In this document: piece after piece, positions 46,641-55,170 of the stretch | How the letters are laid out: every line of letters starts with the position of its first letter | Position numbering within the stretch: position 1 is the stretch's first letter | Virus record (IMG/VR): IMGVR_UViG_3300043436_000696 | Source of the DNA: an uncultured virus (IMG/VR IMGVR_UViG_3300043436_000696) | Taxonomy: Duplodnaviria; Heunggongvirae; Uroviricota; Caudoviricetes | DNA length: 64,000 nucleotides | Direction: 5' to 3' (one strand) | Made by a program: the position numbers and the translations under genes | Notes under the pieces: model-generated | Told to the model about the DNA's origin: nothing | Database searches by the model: none | The model's input: the letters and a program-made list of their open reading frames with translations, nothing else

Positions 46641-46693
46641 AATATTTATTTTTAAATACAATCAGGGGTTGATCTCTTTGTTAAAAGAACCTG

Positions 46694-46909
46694 CTATTTA
46701 GCAGGCTCCTTTACTTTTAATTCATCTAATACCATACCTATTAGGCATAACCATATGAACCAGTAGATTATACCAACACCCCAGAATGCGTTACTATGAA
46801 ATACATCATAGACGTCAAAGCTGAAAGCTGTCATAATCCATCCAATCCATACTGCTAAGAATGGTACTAACATAGTTACTGTGAATACACTCATTTTAAT
46901 CTTTTTCAT
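46694..46909 (-). CDS. Two-TM early membrane protein
   Basis: Two hydrophobic helices; motif 23 nt upstream. Confidence 0.7.
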   Translation of the reverse strand: MKKIKMSVFTVTMLVPFLAVWIGWIMTAFSFDVYDVFHSNAFWGVGIIYWFIWLCLIGMVLDELKVKEPAK

Positions 46910-46959
46910 AATATATTATTTTATAATACAATCAGGGGTAAATTCTAACTTAATGACTA

Positions 46960-47238
46960 CTACTTTTCAGTAGTAATCGTTAAGTCTTCATCATATGCCC
47001 ACTTACCAGTAGCTAGGCTATTACCTATCTCTTCACCATACATGTGGTCTAATCCCTTCTCATCTTCAAAGAGAATAGTGTATGTAGGTCTACCCTCTAC
47101 TGTATCAGATGGGATAATCAACATAGATCCAGGTGTATTGTGTGCACACACAGGTTCATTAGTACAGCTGTAAGCTAAAACAGCTATTACAACTAATACT
47201 GTAAAAATCTCAGGAATAAAGTACTTTAAGTTTTTCAT
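46960..47238 (-). CDS. Early lipoprotein
   Basis: Lipobox AYSC; motif 22 nt upstream. Confidence 0.7.
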   Translation of the reverse strand: MKNLKYFIPEIFTVLVVIAVLAYSCTNEPVCAHNTPGSMLIIPSDTVEGRPTYTILFEDEKGLDHMYGEEIGNSLATGKWAYDEDLTITTEK

Positions 47239-47289
47239 AATATATATTTTATATATACATCAGGGGTAGAATACTACATGATAATCCCC

Positions 47290-47487
47290 CTAGAAAGGGA
47301 GATCATCATCAACTTCTACAGTCTCTACACTACTACTAATAGGCAATATAATATTCTTTTCTTCCACCTCCTGATAGTATGCTTCTTCTTCCAATCTACA
47401 ATTCATACAAGTATGTGATGGTTCCCACTGATTCTCATCAGGTAAGTAGTATGCTGGTGTACACGTACATTCATTAATCTTTTCCAT
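47290..47487 (-). CDS. Small Cys-rich acidic protein with SSB-like tail (DDDLPF)
   Basis: CTC...CMNC and C-terminal EVDDDLPF; motif 22 nt upstream. Confidence 0.7.
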   Translation of the reverse strand: MEKINECTCTPAYYLPDENQWEPSHTCMNCRLEEEAYYQEVEEKNIILPISSSVETVEVDDDLPF

Positions 47488-47714
47488 AGTATTTATTTTT
47501 AATGTACGTCAGGGGTTTCTTCCTCTCTCCCCACAGCTCATAGGGGTACACACCCAATTTCTTTCTGCCGGGGGGATTTTTCTCTAAAGGTAACGCCACC
47601 GCATAACACGGAGTAAAATTTTATGGGTAGAAAAAAATTGTACACCCATGGGGATATCTTTTCATGGAGTTACGTATTATATAATATTAAATTTGTGTAG
47701 TTTAAACTTTTTAA

Positions 47715-47730
47715 GTATATTATAATGTAA
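47715..47730 (+). promoter_or_regulatory. Putative late promoter
   Basis: GTATATTATAATGTAA at the start of the late block. Confidence 0.55.
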
Positions 47731-47740
47731 ACCAACTGTT

Positions 47741-47962
47741 ATGAGTAAGAAAAAATACGTAGAAGGAGAAACCTCTAGTCATTATATACAGACTAAGGAT
47801 AGTTATGGTAGACCCGTTAATATTCCCGTTGTGGATGTAAGGGATGGTATTGGGGAAAGGATGTTAGCCATGGCTATTATGAAGGCTACTAATAGAAGTA
47901 AGTATATCACTTACAATGAGTACCATGTATCTAGGAAACCAGTTAATAACTTAAGTGAGTAG
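47741..47962 (+). CDS. Hypothetical protein
   Basis: 73-aa ORF with AAACCAACTGTT leader. Confidence 0.55.
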   Translation: MSKKKYVEGETSSHYIQTKDSYGRPVNIPVVDVRDGIGERMLAMAIMKATNRSKYITYNEYHVSRKPVNNLSE

Positions 47963-47966
47963 TAAT

Positions 47967-48275
47967 ATGAATCTACACGAATGTAATATACATTGTCATA
48001 CGATACATCCCGACCAAATGGATCTTCTTAATATAGATGATGACCAGGGTAAGTGGATGCCGTTTATATTTGATCTAGATATAGTGGTTGCAGCTAAACA
48101 GACGTCAGAAGACGAAGAAGAGTTAGTATATAACGCTACCACTATTTTCACTGACCACGGGGATACGTACATTATAGACACTCCCTATCACGAATTCTTT
48201 AAATTATGGAGATCTCATATTGACCCGACCAGTGGTAGACTTTCTACTAATGGTACAGGGGATTTAGAGTTTTAA
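47967..48275 (+). CDS. Hypothetical protein
   Basis: About 102-aa acidic ORF (ATG at 47967; alternative GTG at 47955). Confidence 0.65.
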   Translation: MNLHECNIHCHTIHPDQMDLLNIDDDQGKWMPFIFDLDIVVAAKQTSEDEEELVYNATTIFTDHGDTYIIDTPYHEFFKLWRSHIDPTSGRLSTNGTGDLEF

Positions 48276-48306
48276 ATAATTGATTATAAAATAAAAACCA
48301 AATATT

Positions 48307-48651
48307 ATGTCTGAAGAACAAAAAGTTCCAACAAAAGAAGAGATCATCTCTTTTCTTAATGAGCAAATTGAAGTGAAAGAACTTCAATTGAAGCTACAAG
48401 AGATCAACGCAGGCTTGGCAGTTGCCAGAGCTGAAGAGTTAAAAGCCCTAGCATTTATTGGACAGATGACTACCCAAGCGGGTAAGAAGCCTGATCAACC
48501 AGAAGGCACCCCTCACACAATCACTCAAGAAGACTTGGATAACAATCCAGAGTTAGTTGAAGCTGGTGTGGAAGTGGGTGATGATATTATTATACCTACA
48601 GCTGCAGAGCAAGCTGAAGGAGTTCCTGCTAAAAAGTTAAAAAAGAAGTAA
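48307..48651 (+). CDS. Hypothetical protein
   Basis: Coiled N-terminal half; HTITQEDLDNNPELVEAGVEVGD.I motif. Confidence 0.75.
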   Translation: MSEEQKVPTKEEIISFLNEQIEVKELQLKLQEINAGLAVARAEELKALAFIGQMTTQAGKKPDQPEGTPHTITQEDLDNNPELVEAGVEVGDDIIIPTAAEQAEGVPAKKLKKK

Positions 48652-48659
48652 ACACCCTT

Positions 48660-49091
48660 ATGACAACTCTTTACAAACTACGAGACTATAAGTTAGCTTA
48701 CAAGTTTGAGAAGGAACATCCTAAGCCTATCCAATGGGACGAGAAGTATAAAACATACGTTTTGTCCCAAGGGGATGGGATTCAGGGTATCTGGTTTAAA
48801 GATAAAGATACTCTTATTGCTGAAATCATAATGTCTTGGACAAGTGATAATGTAGTGAAAGTAGATTCTTTTACAGTGATGCCTTCACATAGAGGTCAGG
48901 GCCTAGGTCACGATCTTATTAAAGAAGCTTTAGATTGGGCTACAGAATCAGGATTTAAATACTTTATAGGTGAAGCTCGTAAAGGAGCATCATGGAAAGT
49001 ATTCCAAGCTTTTGGAGCAGAAGAAATCTTAGTTTATAAAAACTGGAGCAAGACAGGTGAAGAGTACGTAAGTTTTAAAATAGAATTATAA
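48660..49091 (+). CDS. GNAT family N-acetyltransferase
   Basis: Motif A V.PSHRGQGLG..LI. Confidence 0.85.
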   Translation: MTTLYKLRDYKLAYKFEKEHPKPIQWDEKYKTYVLSQGDGIQGIWFKDKDTLIAEIIMSWTSDNVVKVDSFTVMPSHRGQGLGHDLIKEALDWATESGFKYFIGEARKGASWKVFQAFGAEEILVYKNWSKTGEEYVSFKIEL

Positions 49092-49462
49092 TGGCAATAG
49101 TAAACCAAGTAGATAAAAGAATGAGGATGGATACCTGGCAGATTGTCAAGTATCAAATCCTTACACATTGTTATCTATATAACATACAAGTATCAGAGGC
49201 AGATTTAGATTGTCTAACTTATTTAGCAATTGAGGGTGAGCAAGAACTTACATCTTTTTGTATAAAGGCTCATGCTAAAAATATATTTTCATCAACACAG
49301 TCAGTACGTAATTGTTTGACTAAAGCTGAAAAGAAAAACCTTATTGTAAAAGAAGGAAAGAACAAAAAGAAGATTAACATCAATCCTATTATGAATGTTC
49401 ATAGTAAAGGAAATGTTTTATTAGATTATAAATTCTTATCAATTGAAACCCAAGAAGGCTAA
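49091..49462 (+). CDS. Winged-helix-like hypothetical protein
   Basis: FSSTQSVRNCLTKAEKKNLIVK. Confidence 0.6.
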   Translation: MAIVNQVDKRMRMDTWQIVKYQILTHCYLYNIQVSEADLDCLTYLAIEGEQELTSFCIKAHAKNIFSSTQSVRNCLTKAEKKNLIVKEGKNKKKININPIMNVHSKGNVLLDYKFLSIETQEG

Positions 49463-49874
49463 ACAATTACTACCAGAGGTAGCAGAATCTGTTGGTCTTC
49501 CTGAACAGACAGTAAAAGATATAACAGACTTTTATTGGCAGGAGATAAGAAAAAGTCTCTCTAGTTTAAAACATACTAGAGTGCATATAACTAACTTAGG
49601 AGATTTTACAATAAAGCATTGGAAGATTGATGATAAGATATCAATACTAGAAAAGTTTAAAGAGAATTTTAAACAAAGAGGATTACAAGAAACTGTAACT
49701 AGATTTAGAACAGATGAAAAACTCTTTGATTTAAAAGCTATGAAGAAGATGGTAGAGGAAGAGAGTCAAAGAAAAGATTTTATAAAACTACATAAATTAC
49801 AATCACATGAGTCTAACAGACAACATAATAAGGATATGGAAGAACAAGGGTCAGATTCTGGAGGGAGTAACTAA
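49443..49874 (+). CDS. HU/IHF-like protein
   Basis: VAESVGL....V..I...Y...I...L.....VHITNLGDF. Confidence 0.6.
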   Translation: MKPKKAKQLLPEVAESVGLPEQTVKDITDFYWQEIRKSLSSLKHTRVHITNLGDFTIKHWKIDDKISILEKFKENFKQRGLQETVTRFRTDEKLFDLKAMKKMVEEESQRKDFIKLHKLQSHESNRQHNKDMEEQGSDSGGSN

Positions 49875-50136
49875 TTCTATATTTAAGAAAGAAGATGTAG
49901 AAGAAATTGCACAACAGAGAATGCAGATTTGTAAGAGTTGTGCACTTTTTGATATGCAAGGTACAGGTTGCTTAGTAGGAGGAACGGCTCCTTGTTGTGA
50001 TCAAACTAAAGGAGGTTGTGGATGTAGTCTTACATTTAAAACAAGATCTTTATCTTCAGAATGCCCTAATGGACATTGGAAAGCAGAAGTAAGTCAAGAA
50101 GAGGAAGATGTTATAAACCAAAAATTAGGACTATGA
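49807..50136 (+). CDS. Cys-rich (zinc-binding) hypothetical protein
   Basis: R.QICKSC...CC...CGC.L.FKTRS...CP.GHW. Confidence 0.7.
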   Translation: MSLTDNIIRIWKNKGQILEGVTNSIFKKEDVEEIAQQRMQICKSCALFDMQGTGCLVGGTAPCCDQTKGGCGCSLTFKTRSLSSECPNGHWKAEVSQEEEDVINQKLGL

Positions 50137-50972
50137 GTATATTAATATTTACACCAGAAGACCATAAGTATAGAAGTATTGATGTAACAGATTTAACTGA
50201 TTGGTTATCCGTTACTAGTTTTATAGGAAACTTTAAACAACCATTTGATGCAGATAAGATTGCTGAGAAGTCAGCTAAGTCTAAGAAGTCAAAATGGTAT
50301 GGTATGACTCCTGAAGAAATCAAAGCTGCTTGGAAAGCAGAAGCTCTTCGTGCTACAACATTAGGAACATGGTATCATAATTGTAGAGAAGCAGATATAT
50401 GTGAACTTACTGATATGGAACGACATGGTAAGACTGTACCTGTATTTAAACCTATAGAGAAAGAAGGTTGTAAATATTCTCCATCTCAAAAACTTACAGA
50501 TGGAATTTATCCAGAGCATTTAGTTTATTTAAAATCTGCCGGCTTATGTGGTCAATCAGATTTAGTTGAGGTGATAGATGGGGAAGTACATATTACAGAT
50601 TACAAGACTAATAAAGAAATTAAGACAGAAGGCTTTACAAACTGGGAAGGAATGGTGACTAAGATGATGTCTCCTGTATCTCATTTAGATGATTGTAACT
50701 TTATGCACTATGCATTACAATTGTCTATGTATATGTATATTATTCTTAAGCATAATCCTAGACTTAAACCAGGAAAGTTAACACTTCATCACATTATATT
50801 TGAAGAAGCAGGAAGAGATAAGTTTGATAATCCAATAACAGCTTTAGATACTACTGGTAATCCTATTGTAAAGGATGTGGTTCCTTACGATGTTCCATAT
50901 TTAAAAGGAGAAGCAATATCTCTTATACATTGGTTAGAAGATAATAGAAAAAAATTAAAACCTAAATACTAA
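50133..50972 (+). CDS. PD-(D/E)XK nuclease
   Basis: H.Y, SVTS, GTWYH, PEH, CGQSDL...DYKTNK, YALQLS.Y. Start adjusted to MSILIF. Confidence 0.85.
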   Translation: MSILIFTPEDHKYRSIDVTDLTDWLSVTSFIGNFKQPFDADKIAEKSAKSKKSKWYGMTPEEIKAAWKAEALRATTLGTWYHNCREADICELTDMERHGKTVPVFKPIEKEGCKYSPSQKLTDGIYPEHLVYLKSAGLCGQSDLVEVIDGEVHITDYKTNKEIKTEGFTNWEGMVTKMMSPVSHLDDCNFMHYALQLSMYMYIILKHNPRLKPGKLTLHHIIFEEAGRDKFDNPITALDTTGNPIVKDVVPYDVPYLKGEAISLIHWLEDNRKKLKPKY

Positions 50973-51592
50973 TGATTTTAAATCATAATATTGATAATTT
51001 AAAATGTTTAGTAAGAGTATCTCATTTTACTCATAAACCAGAGGACCATGATAAATACCATAACGCTTATATATTTGGTATACAATCAATAGCTGGAAAA
51101 ATATTAACTTTTCATATTATGACTGATTATGGTATGCTAAGAAGTAGAGTACCAATTAGTGAAATATTTTTAAAAGAACCAACTAAAGATATTCCTTTTC
51201 ATTTTAAACAGTTATGGGATTGTTTTAGTGAGAATGTATCCGTAATTAGTTATGATTATTTATGTGAAAGAAGATGTCAAGTGGTATTAAAAGACGGAAT
51301 TAAAGTTTGGGCTAGTTATTTATTCACTGTAGATTGGTATAGTAATCCTTATTCTGATGAGCCTAGTGATTATAAATGTGGTCATATTTTAGTAGCAGAT
51401 GATGGATATTTATTATGCCAACCAAATAATAGAATATTTTGGAAAGATTCTAATTGGATTACAAGACCTTTTCCACTTGACTTAAAAGAAATAAAGGTTG
51501 ATGTACAGTTACCATCTGTTGAAACAGTTTCTGATAGATGGGTAAGTGAAGACACTGACTCATATTATTACAATATAAATAAAGAAGATTAA
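50972..51592 (+). CDS. Conserved phage hypothetical protein
   Basis: QLWDCFS, YLFTVDW, KCGH, QPNNRI.W motifs. Confidence 0.7.
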   Translation: MILNHNIDNLKCLVRVSHFTHKPEDHDKYHNAYIFGIQSIAGKILTFHIMTDYGMLRSRVPISEIFLKEPTKDIPFHFKQLWDCFSENVSVISYDYLCERRCQVVLKDGIKVWASYLFTVDWYSNPYSDEPSDYKCGHILVADDGYLLCQPNNRIFWKDSNWITRPFPLDLKEIKVDVQLPSVETVSDRWVSEDTDSYYYNINKED

Positions 51593-51969
51593 TGTTACTT
51601 GTAGAAACATATTTATCAGAGTCTCCAGGAAAAGGATTAGGCTTATTTGCTAAAAACTTTATTCCAAAAGATACATTGATATGGCAGTTTGTTGAGGGTT
51701 TTGATGTAAGAGTGCATAAAGACAAATATGAAACATTAACAGATGTTCAAAAAAACTTTGTAGATACTTATTTCTGGAAAGACGGTGATTACTTATATTC
51801 TTCTTGTGATTACTCAAACTTTCAAAATCATAGTGATAATCCAAATTCTATTGGGTTAGATGAAGATAAGATGATAGCCTCAAGAGACATTCATCCGAAT
51901 GAAGAAATATTAGTTTCTTATGAAAGTTTTGATGATGATTTTGAGTTGTATAAAAATAAATTAAAATGA
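51592..51969 (+). CDS. SET domain protein (putative lysine methyltransferase)
   Basis: G.GLGLFA...I.K...IW, NHSDNPN, A.RDI...EEI.VSY. Confidence 0.88.
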   Translation: MLLVETYLSESPGKGLGLFAKNFIPKDTLIWQFVEGFDVRVHKDKYETLTDVQKNFVDTYFWKDGDYLYSSCDYSNFQNHSDNPNSIGLDEDKMIASRDIHPNEEILVSYESFDDDFELYKNKLK

Positions 51970-52478
51970 TAAGACTATTTGATATACAGAACGGACAAGT
52001 AACTGCAAGTGAGCATTGTTATACACTTAAGTTTCTTAAGAATATAATGACTGAGTATCCTTTAGAATATTTAAAGGTTTACACTTACTTATTTTATATG
52101 ACTTGTCCTAACCCAGATATAAATCCATTCTTTCATTTTCCAGAGAGTGAAAAGGAAGAAGTTATATTAGAAGAGGTGGATGGAGACTTTTCTCCTGAAG
52201 ATGACGCTATAGTGTATGCATTACAGAGATGTAAGCAAATGTATGAGACAGAAACATCTAGAGCATATTATGGAATTAAGACAGCTTTGGATAATCTAGG
52301 AAAGGTATTAGCCACAGAAACTCCTACATTTGGTAGAGATGGATCAGCTGTAGGTATTCTTAGAATAGCAGAAAGATTTGATTCTGTAAGACAATCTTAT
52401 AAAGGAGTATATAAAGATTTAATGGATGAACAACAGTCTTCTGTAAGAGGAGGACAAGACTTAGCATATGATCAATAA
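51966..52478 (+). CDS. Conserved protein upstream of TerL (possible small terminase)
   Basis: Position and size; C-terminal VRGG..LAYDQ. Confidence 0.5.
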   Translation: MIRLFDIQNGQVTASEHCYTLKFLKNIMTEYPLEYLKVYTYLFYMTCPNPDINPFFHFPESEKEEVILEEVDGDFSPEDDAIVYALQRCKQMYETETSRAYYGIKTALDNLGKVLATETPTFGRDGSAVGILRIAERFDSVRQSYKGVYKDLMDEQQSSVRGGQDLAYDQ

Positions 52479-52578
52479 TGTAGGGTGGTGAAACTGGCAG
52501 ACACGCTACCTTGTCTCGGTAGTGTTTAGTTTTGTAAATAAAAAACTAGATATGGAGGTTCAAATCCTTCCCCTACAG
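52479..52578 (+). tRNA. Atypical tRNA, anticodon GTC (Asp-reading) on a Leu/Ser-like class II body
   Basis: TGTAGGG/CCCTACA acceptor + G73; D region GTGGTGAAACTGGCAGACAC; CTACC-TTGTCTC-GGTAG; 31-nt variable arm; GGAGG-TTCAAAT-CCTTC T-arm. Confidence 0.8.
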
Positions 52579-52592
52579 CTTAATTAAAAATT

Positions 52593-52877
52593 ATGAAAAC
52601 AGAAGTTTACACAGATTTAGAAATCAAAGAGTTTGCCGCTATTGGTGAAGAGTTAAGACCAGAATCAGATTACATGAATGATTGGGTATTTCATTTTAAC
52701 CCTTACAATCAGTTATGGAATGCTATTCCAAGAAACGTTTGTAATGAGTATTGGAGTAATAGTCAGCATCATGCTGTATTAAGAAGCAAACATTTAAACA
52801 CACTATTAGACATGCTTCACCGTACAAAAGGTGATACAGGAATGATAGAAGATCTTACACGTGGAGAAATTAGATAA
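52593..52877 (+). CDS. Hypothetical protein
   Basis: WVFHFNPY..LWNAIPR motif. Confidence 0.7.
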   Translation: MKTEVYTDLEIKEFAAIGEELRPESDYMNDWVFHFNPYNQLWNAIPRNVCNEYWSNSQHHAVLRSKHLNTLLDMLHRTKGDTGMIEDLTRGEIR

Positions 52878-55080
52878 TAACCATACAATATATAAAGAAG
52901 TACCCACTTATAAAGATGGGTCTTGGGATACTACCGTGTTTTACTCACGTGAAGAATTCCGAGATTTTCTTATTCCTTTATTTAAGGAACCTGGTCAATA
53001 TGAGTTTGATGAGGTGAGTACAATATTTAATGCTGAAGGACGTAAGTTTCAGAAACAAGGTTATTATTGTGCAGCTCCTGTAAAGACTAAAGACTTTATT
53101 AAATACTGGGATGATCAAAAAGCTAAATGCCGTAATGGTATTATAGTATATAATGGAGAAAAGACATGGTATGTGTCTAGAGATTATTACATGTGGTTAA
53201 ACTTTCTTCCTATTTATGATAAGGAAGAAAAACGTTTTGACTTTGCTAAGATAAGAGATGCTCAGTATCACATGGCTCTTTATGAACATCTTGCAGAATT
53301 ACATTGGAAGCATGCTATTATTTTAAAGAAACGTCAGATAGCTTCTTCATACTTTCACATGGCTAAGTTAATTAACCAATGGGTATTTGAAGCAGGTGCT
53401 GTACTAAAAATAGGTGCTAGTCTTAAAGATTATATTAATGAAAAAGGTTCTTGGAAGTTTTTAGAAGAATATAAAAACTTTATTAATCAGCATACAGCGT
53501 GGTATAGACCGGCTGAGCCAGATAAAGTTGGAGCATGGAACCAGCAAATTAAAGTGAGAATAGCAGGTAGAGATACTTATAGAGGATTAAAATCTAGTAT
53601 TAACTCATATTCATTTGAAAAGAATCCTACAAATGGTGTCGGTGGTCCTGTAACTTATTTTTTTCACGAGGAAGCAGGTATTGCTCCAAGTATGCATGAT
53701 ACATATGGATTCATGAAACCAGCATTAAAGTCTGGTCATATGATTACAGGTCAGTTTATTGCTGCAGGATCAGTCGGTGATCTTGATCAGTGTGAACCTT
53801 TAAAACTTTATATAGAAAAACCAGAAGAAAATGGATTCTATGGAGTTAAGTCTGATCTTATAGATAAGAATGGTACAATTGGAATAACAGGATTATTTAT
53901 TCCTGAACAATGGTCAATGCCTCCATATATAGATCAATATGGTAACTCTCTTGTAGAAGAAGCATTAGAAGCTTTAGAAAAAGAGTTTATTCAGTTAAAG
54001 AAAGATCTTGAACCGGCAGCATATCAACTTGAAGTATCTCAGCATCCTCGTACTATAGAAGAAGCGTTTGCTACTAGAAAACTTTCTATATTTGCTCCTC
54101 ACTTAATTGCCAAGCAGCAACAACGTATTCAGGATAAAGAATATCCTGTAGAATATCTTGAATTATCTAGAGATAGTGAAGGTAAAATTATAGATAAACC
54201 TTCTAGAAAGATTCCTATTACAGAATGGCCTATATCTAAAAGAACAGAAGATAAAGAGGGAGTGTTGTGTATCTATGAAAGACCTGTAAAAGATCCTACC
54301 TTTGGTATGTATTATGGCTCTGTTGACCCTGTAGGTGAGGGTAAGACCACTACATCAGATTCATTATGTGCCATTTATATTTATAAGAATCCTGTAGAGG
54401 TTATAAAAGATGATGGAAATGGTAAAGTGACTAACACAATAGAAAGAGATAAGATAGTAGCTAGTTGGTGTGGACGTTTTGATGATATTAACAAAACACA
54501 TGAAAGATTAGAACTTCTTATAGAATGGTATAATGCTTGGACTATTGTGGAGAATAACGTAGCTTTGTTTATACAATACATGATTAGTAAGAAAAAACAA
54601 AGATATTTAGTTCCTAAAGACATGATCTTATTCTTAAAAGATATAGGAGCTAACCGCAATGTATTCCAAGAATACGGTTGGAAGAACGTTGGTACGTTAT
54701 TTAAAGGAACTGTCTTATCTTATGCTATTGAATTTTTAAAAGAAGAGCTTGATCATGAGACAACTCCTGATGGAACTATCGTAAAAACTATATATGGCGT
54801 AGAAAGAATTCCTGATCCAATGCTTTTAAAAGAGATGCAAGCTTACCAAGATGGTGTCAACGTGGATAGACTTGTAGCTTTTTCAGCTTTGATAGCCTTT
54901 GCAAAGGTTCAACAATCTAATAGAGGACTGGTTAAACGTGTAGAAGTTAGCAAAGAAAACTTGGATAACTCCCAAAAATTTAGTAAATTAAATTGGAGCC
55001 CCTTTAGACATATGGGTGGTTCTAAAAGAGGGTCAGGAAATAGTCAACCTCCTAGAAATCCTTTTAAAAATATGAGATAA
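52861..55080 (+). CDS. terL: Terminase large subunit
   Basis: LKKRQIASSY Walker A, FFHEEAG Walker B, nuclease GSVDPV...SDS, IVENN, NVDRLVA. Confidence 0.92.
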   Translation: MEKLDNNHTIYKEVPTYKDGSWDTTVFYSREEFRDFLIPLFKEPGQYEFDEVSTIFNAEGRKFQKQGYYCAAPVKTKDFIKYWDDQKAKCRNGIIVYNGEKTWYVSRDYYMWLNFLPIYDKEEKRFDFAKIRDAQYHMALYEHLAELHWKHAIILKKRQIASSYFHMAKLINQWVFEAGAVLKIGASLKDYINEKGSWKFLEEYKNFINQHTAWYRPAEPDKVGAWNQQIKVRIAGRDTYRGLKSSINSYSFEKNPTNGVGGPVTYFFHEEAGIAPSMHDTYGFMKPALKSGHMITGQFIAAGSVGDLDQCEPLKLYIEKPEENGFYGVKSDLIDKNGTIGITGLFIPEQWSMPPYIDQYGNSLVEEALEALEKEFIQLKKDLEPAAYQLEVSQHPRTIEEAFATRKLSIFAPHLIAKQQQRIQDKEYPVEYLELSRDSEGKIIDKPSRKIPITEWPISKRTEDKEGVLCIYERPVKDPTFGMYYGSVDPVGEGKTTTSDSLCAIYIYKNPVEVIKDDGNGKVTNTIERDKIVASWCGRFDDINKTHERLELLIEWYNAWTIVENNVALFIQYMISKKKQRYLVPKDMILFLKDIGANRNVFQEYGWKNVGTLFKGTVLSYAIEFLKEELDHETTPDGTIVKTIYGVERIPDPMLLKEMQAYQDGVNVDRLVAFSALIAFAKVQQSNRGLVKRVEVSKENLDNSQKFSKLNWSPFRHMGGSKRGSGNSQPPRNPFKNMR

Positions 55081-55170
55081 TATGAATTTATTTTCTAATT
55101 CTATAAACAATTACTACAGTACAACTACTGGCGGTGTTGTTTTTTATACCTATACAACTAATTAAGAATC

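Larger units (their letters stand above)
45273..47516 (-). promoter_or_regulatory. Array of nine ACCCCTGA motifs (putative phage-specific early promoters)
   Basis: TCAGGGGT on + at 45273, 45425, 45638, 45964, 46357, 46662, 46932, 47260, 47509. Six lie 22-23 nt upstream of an ATG. Confidence 0.8.

Noticed and set aside
45273..47516. CRISPR array or integron att sites as explanation of the repeated motif
   Set aside because: The repeat is only 8-9 bp, spacing is irregular (about 150-390 nt) and follows gene starts; no cas or integrase gene is in the window.
55082..55165. 27-codon ORF between TerL and portal
   Set aside because: Too short and low-complexity to support without conservation data.
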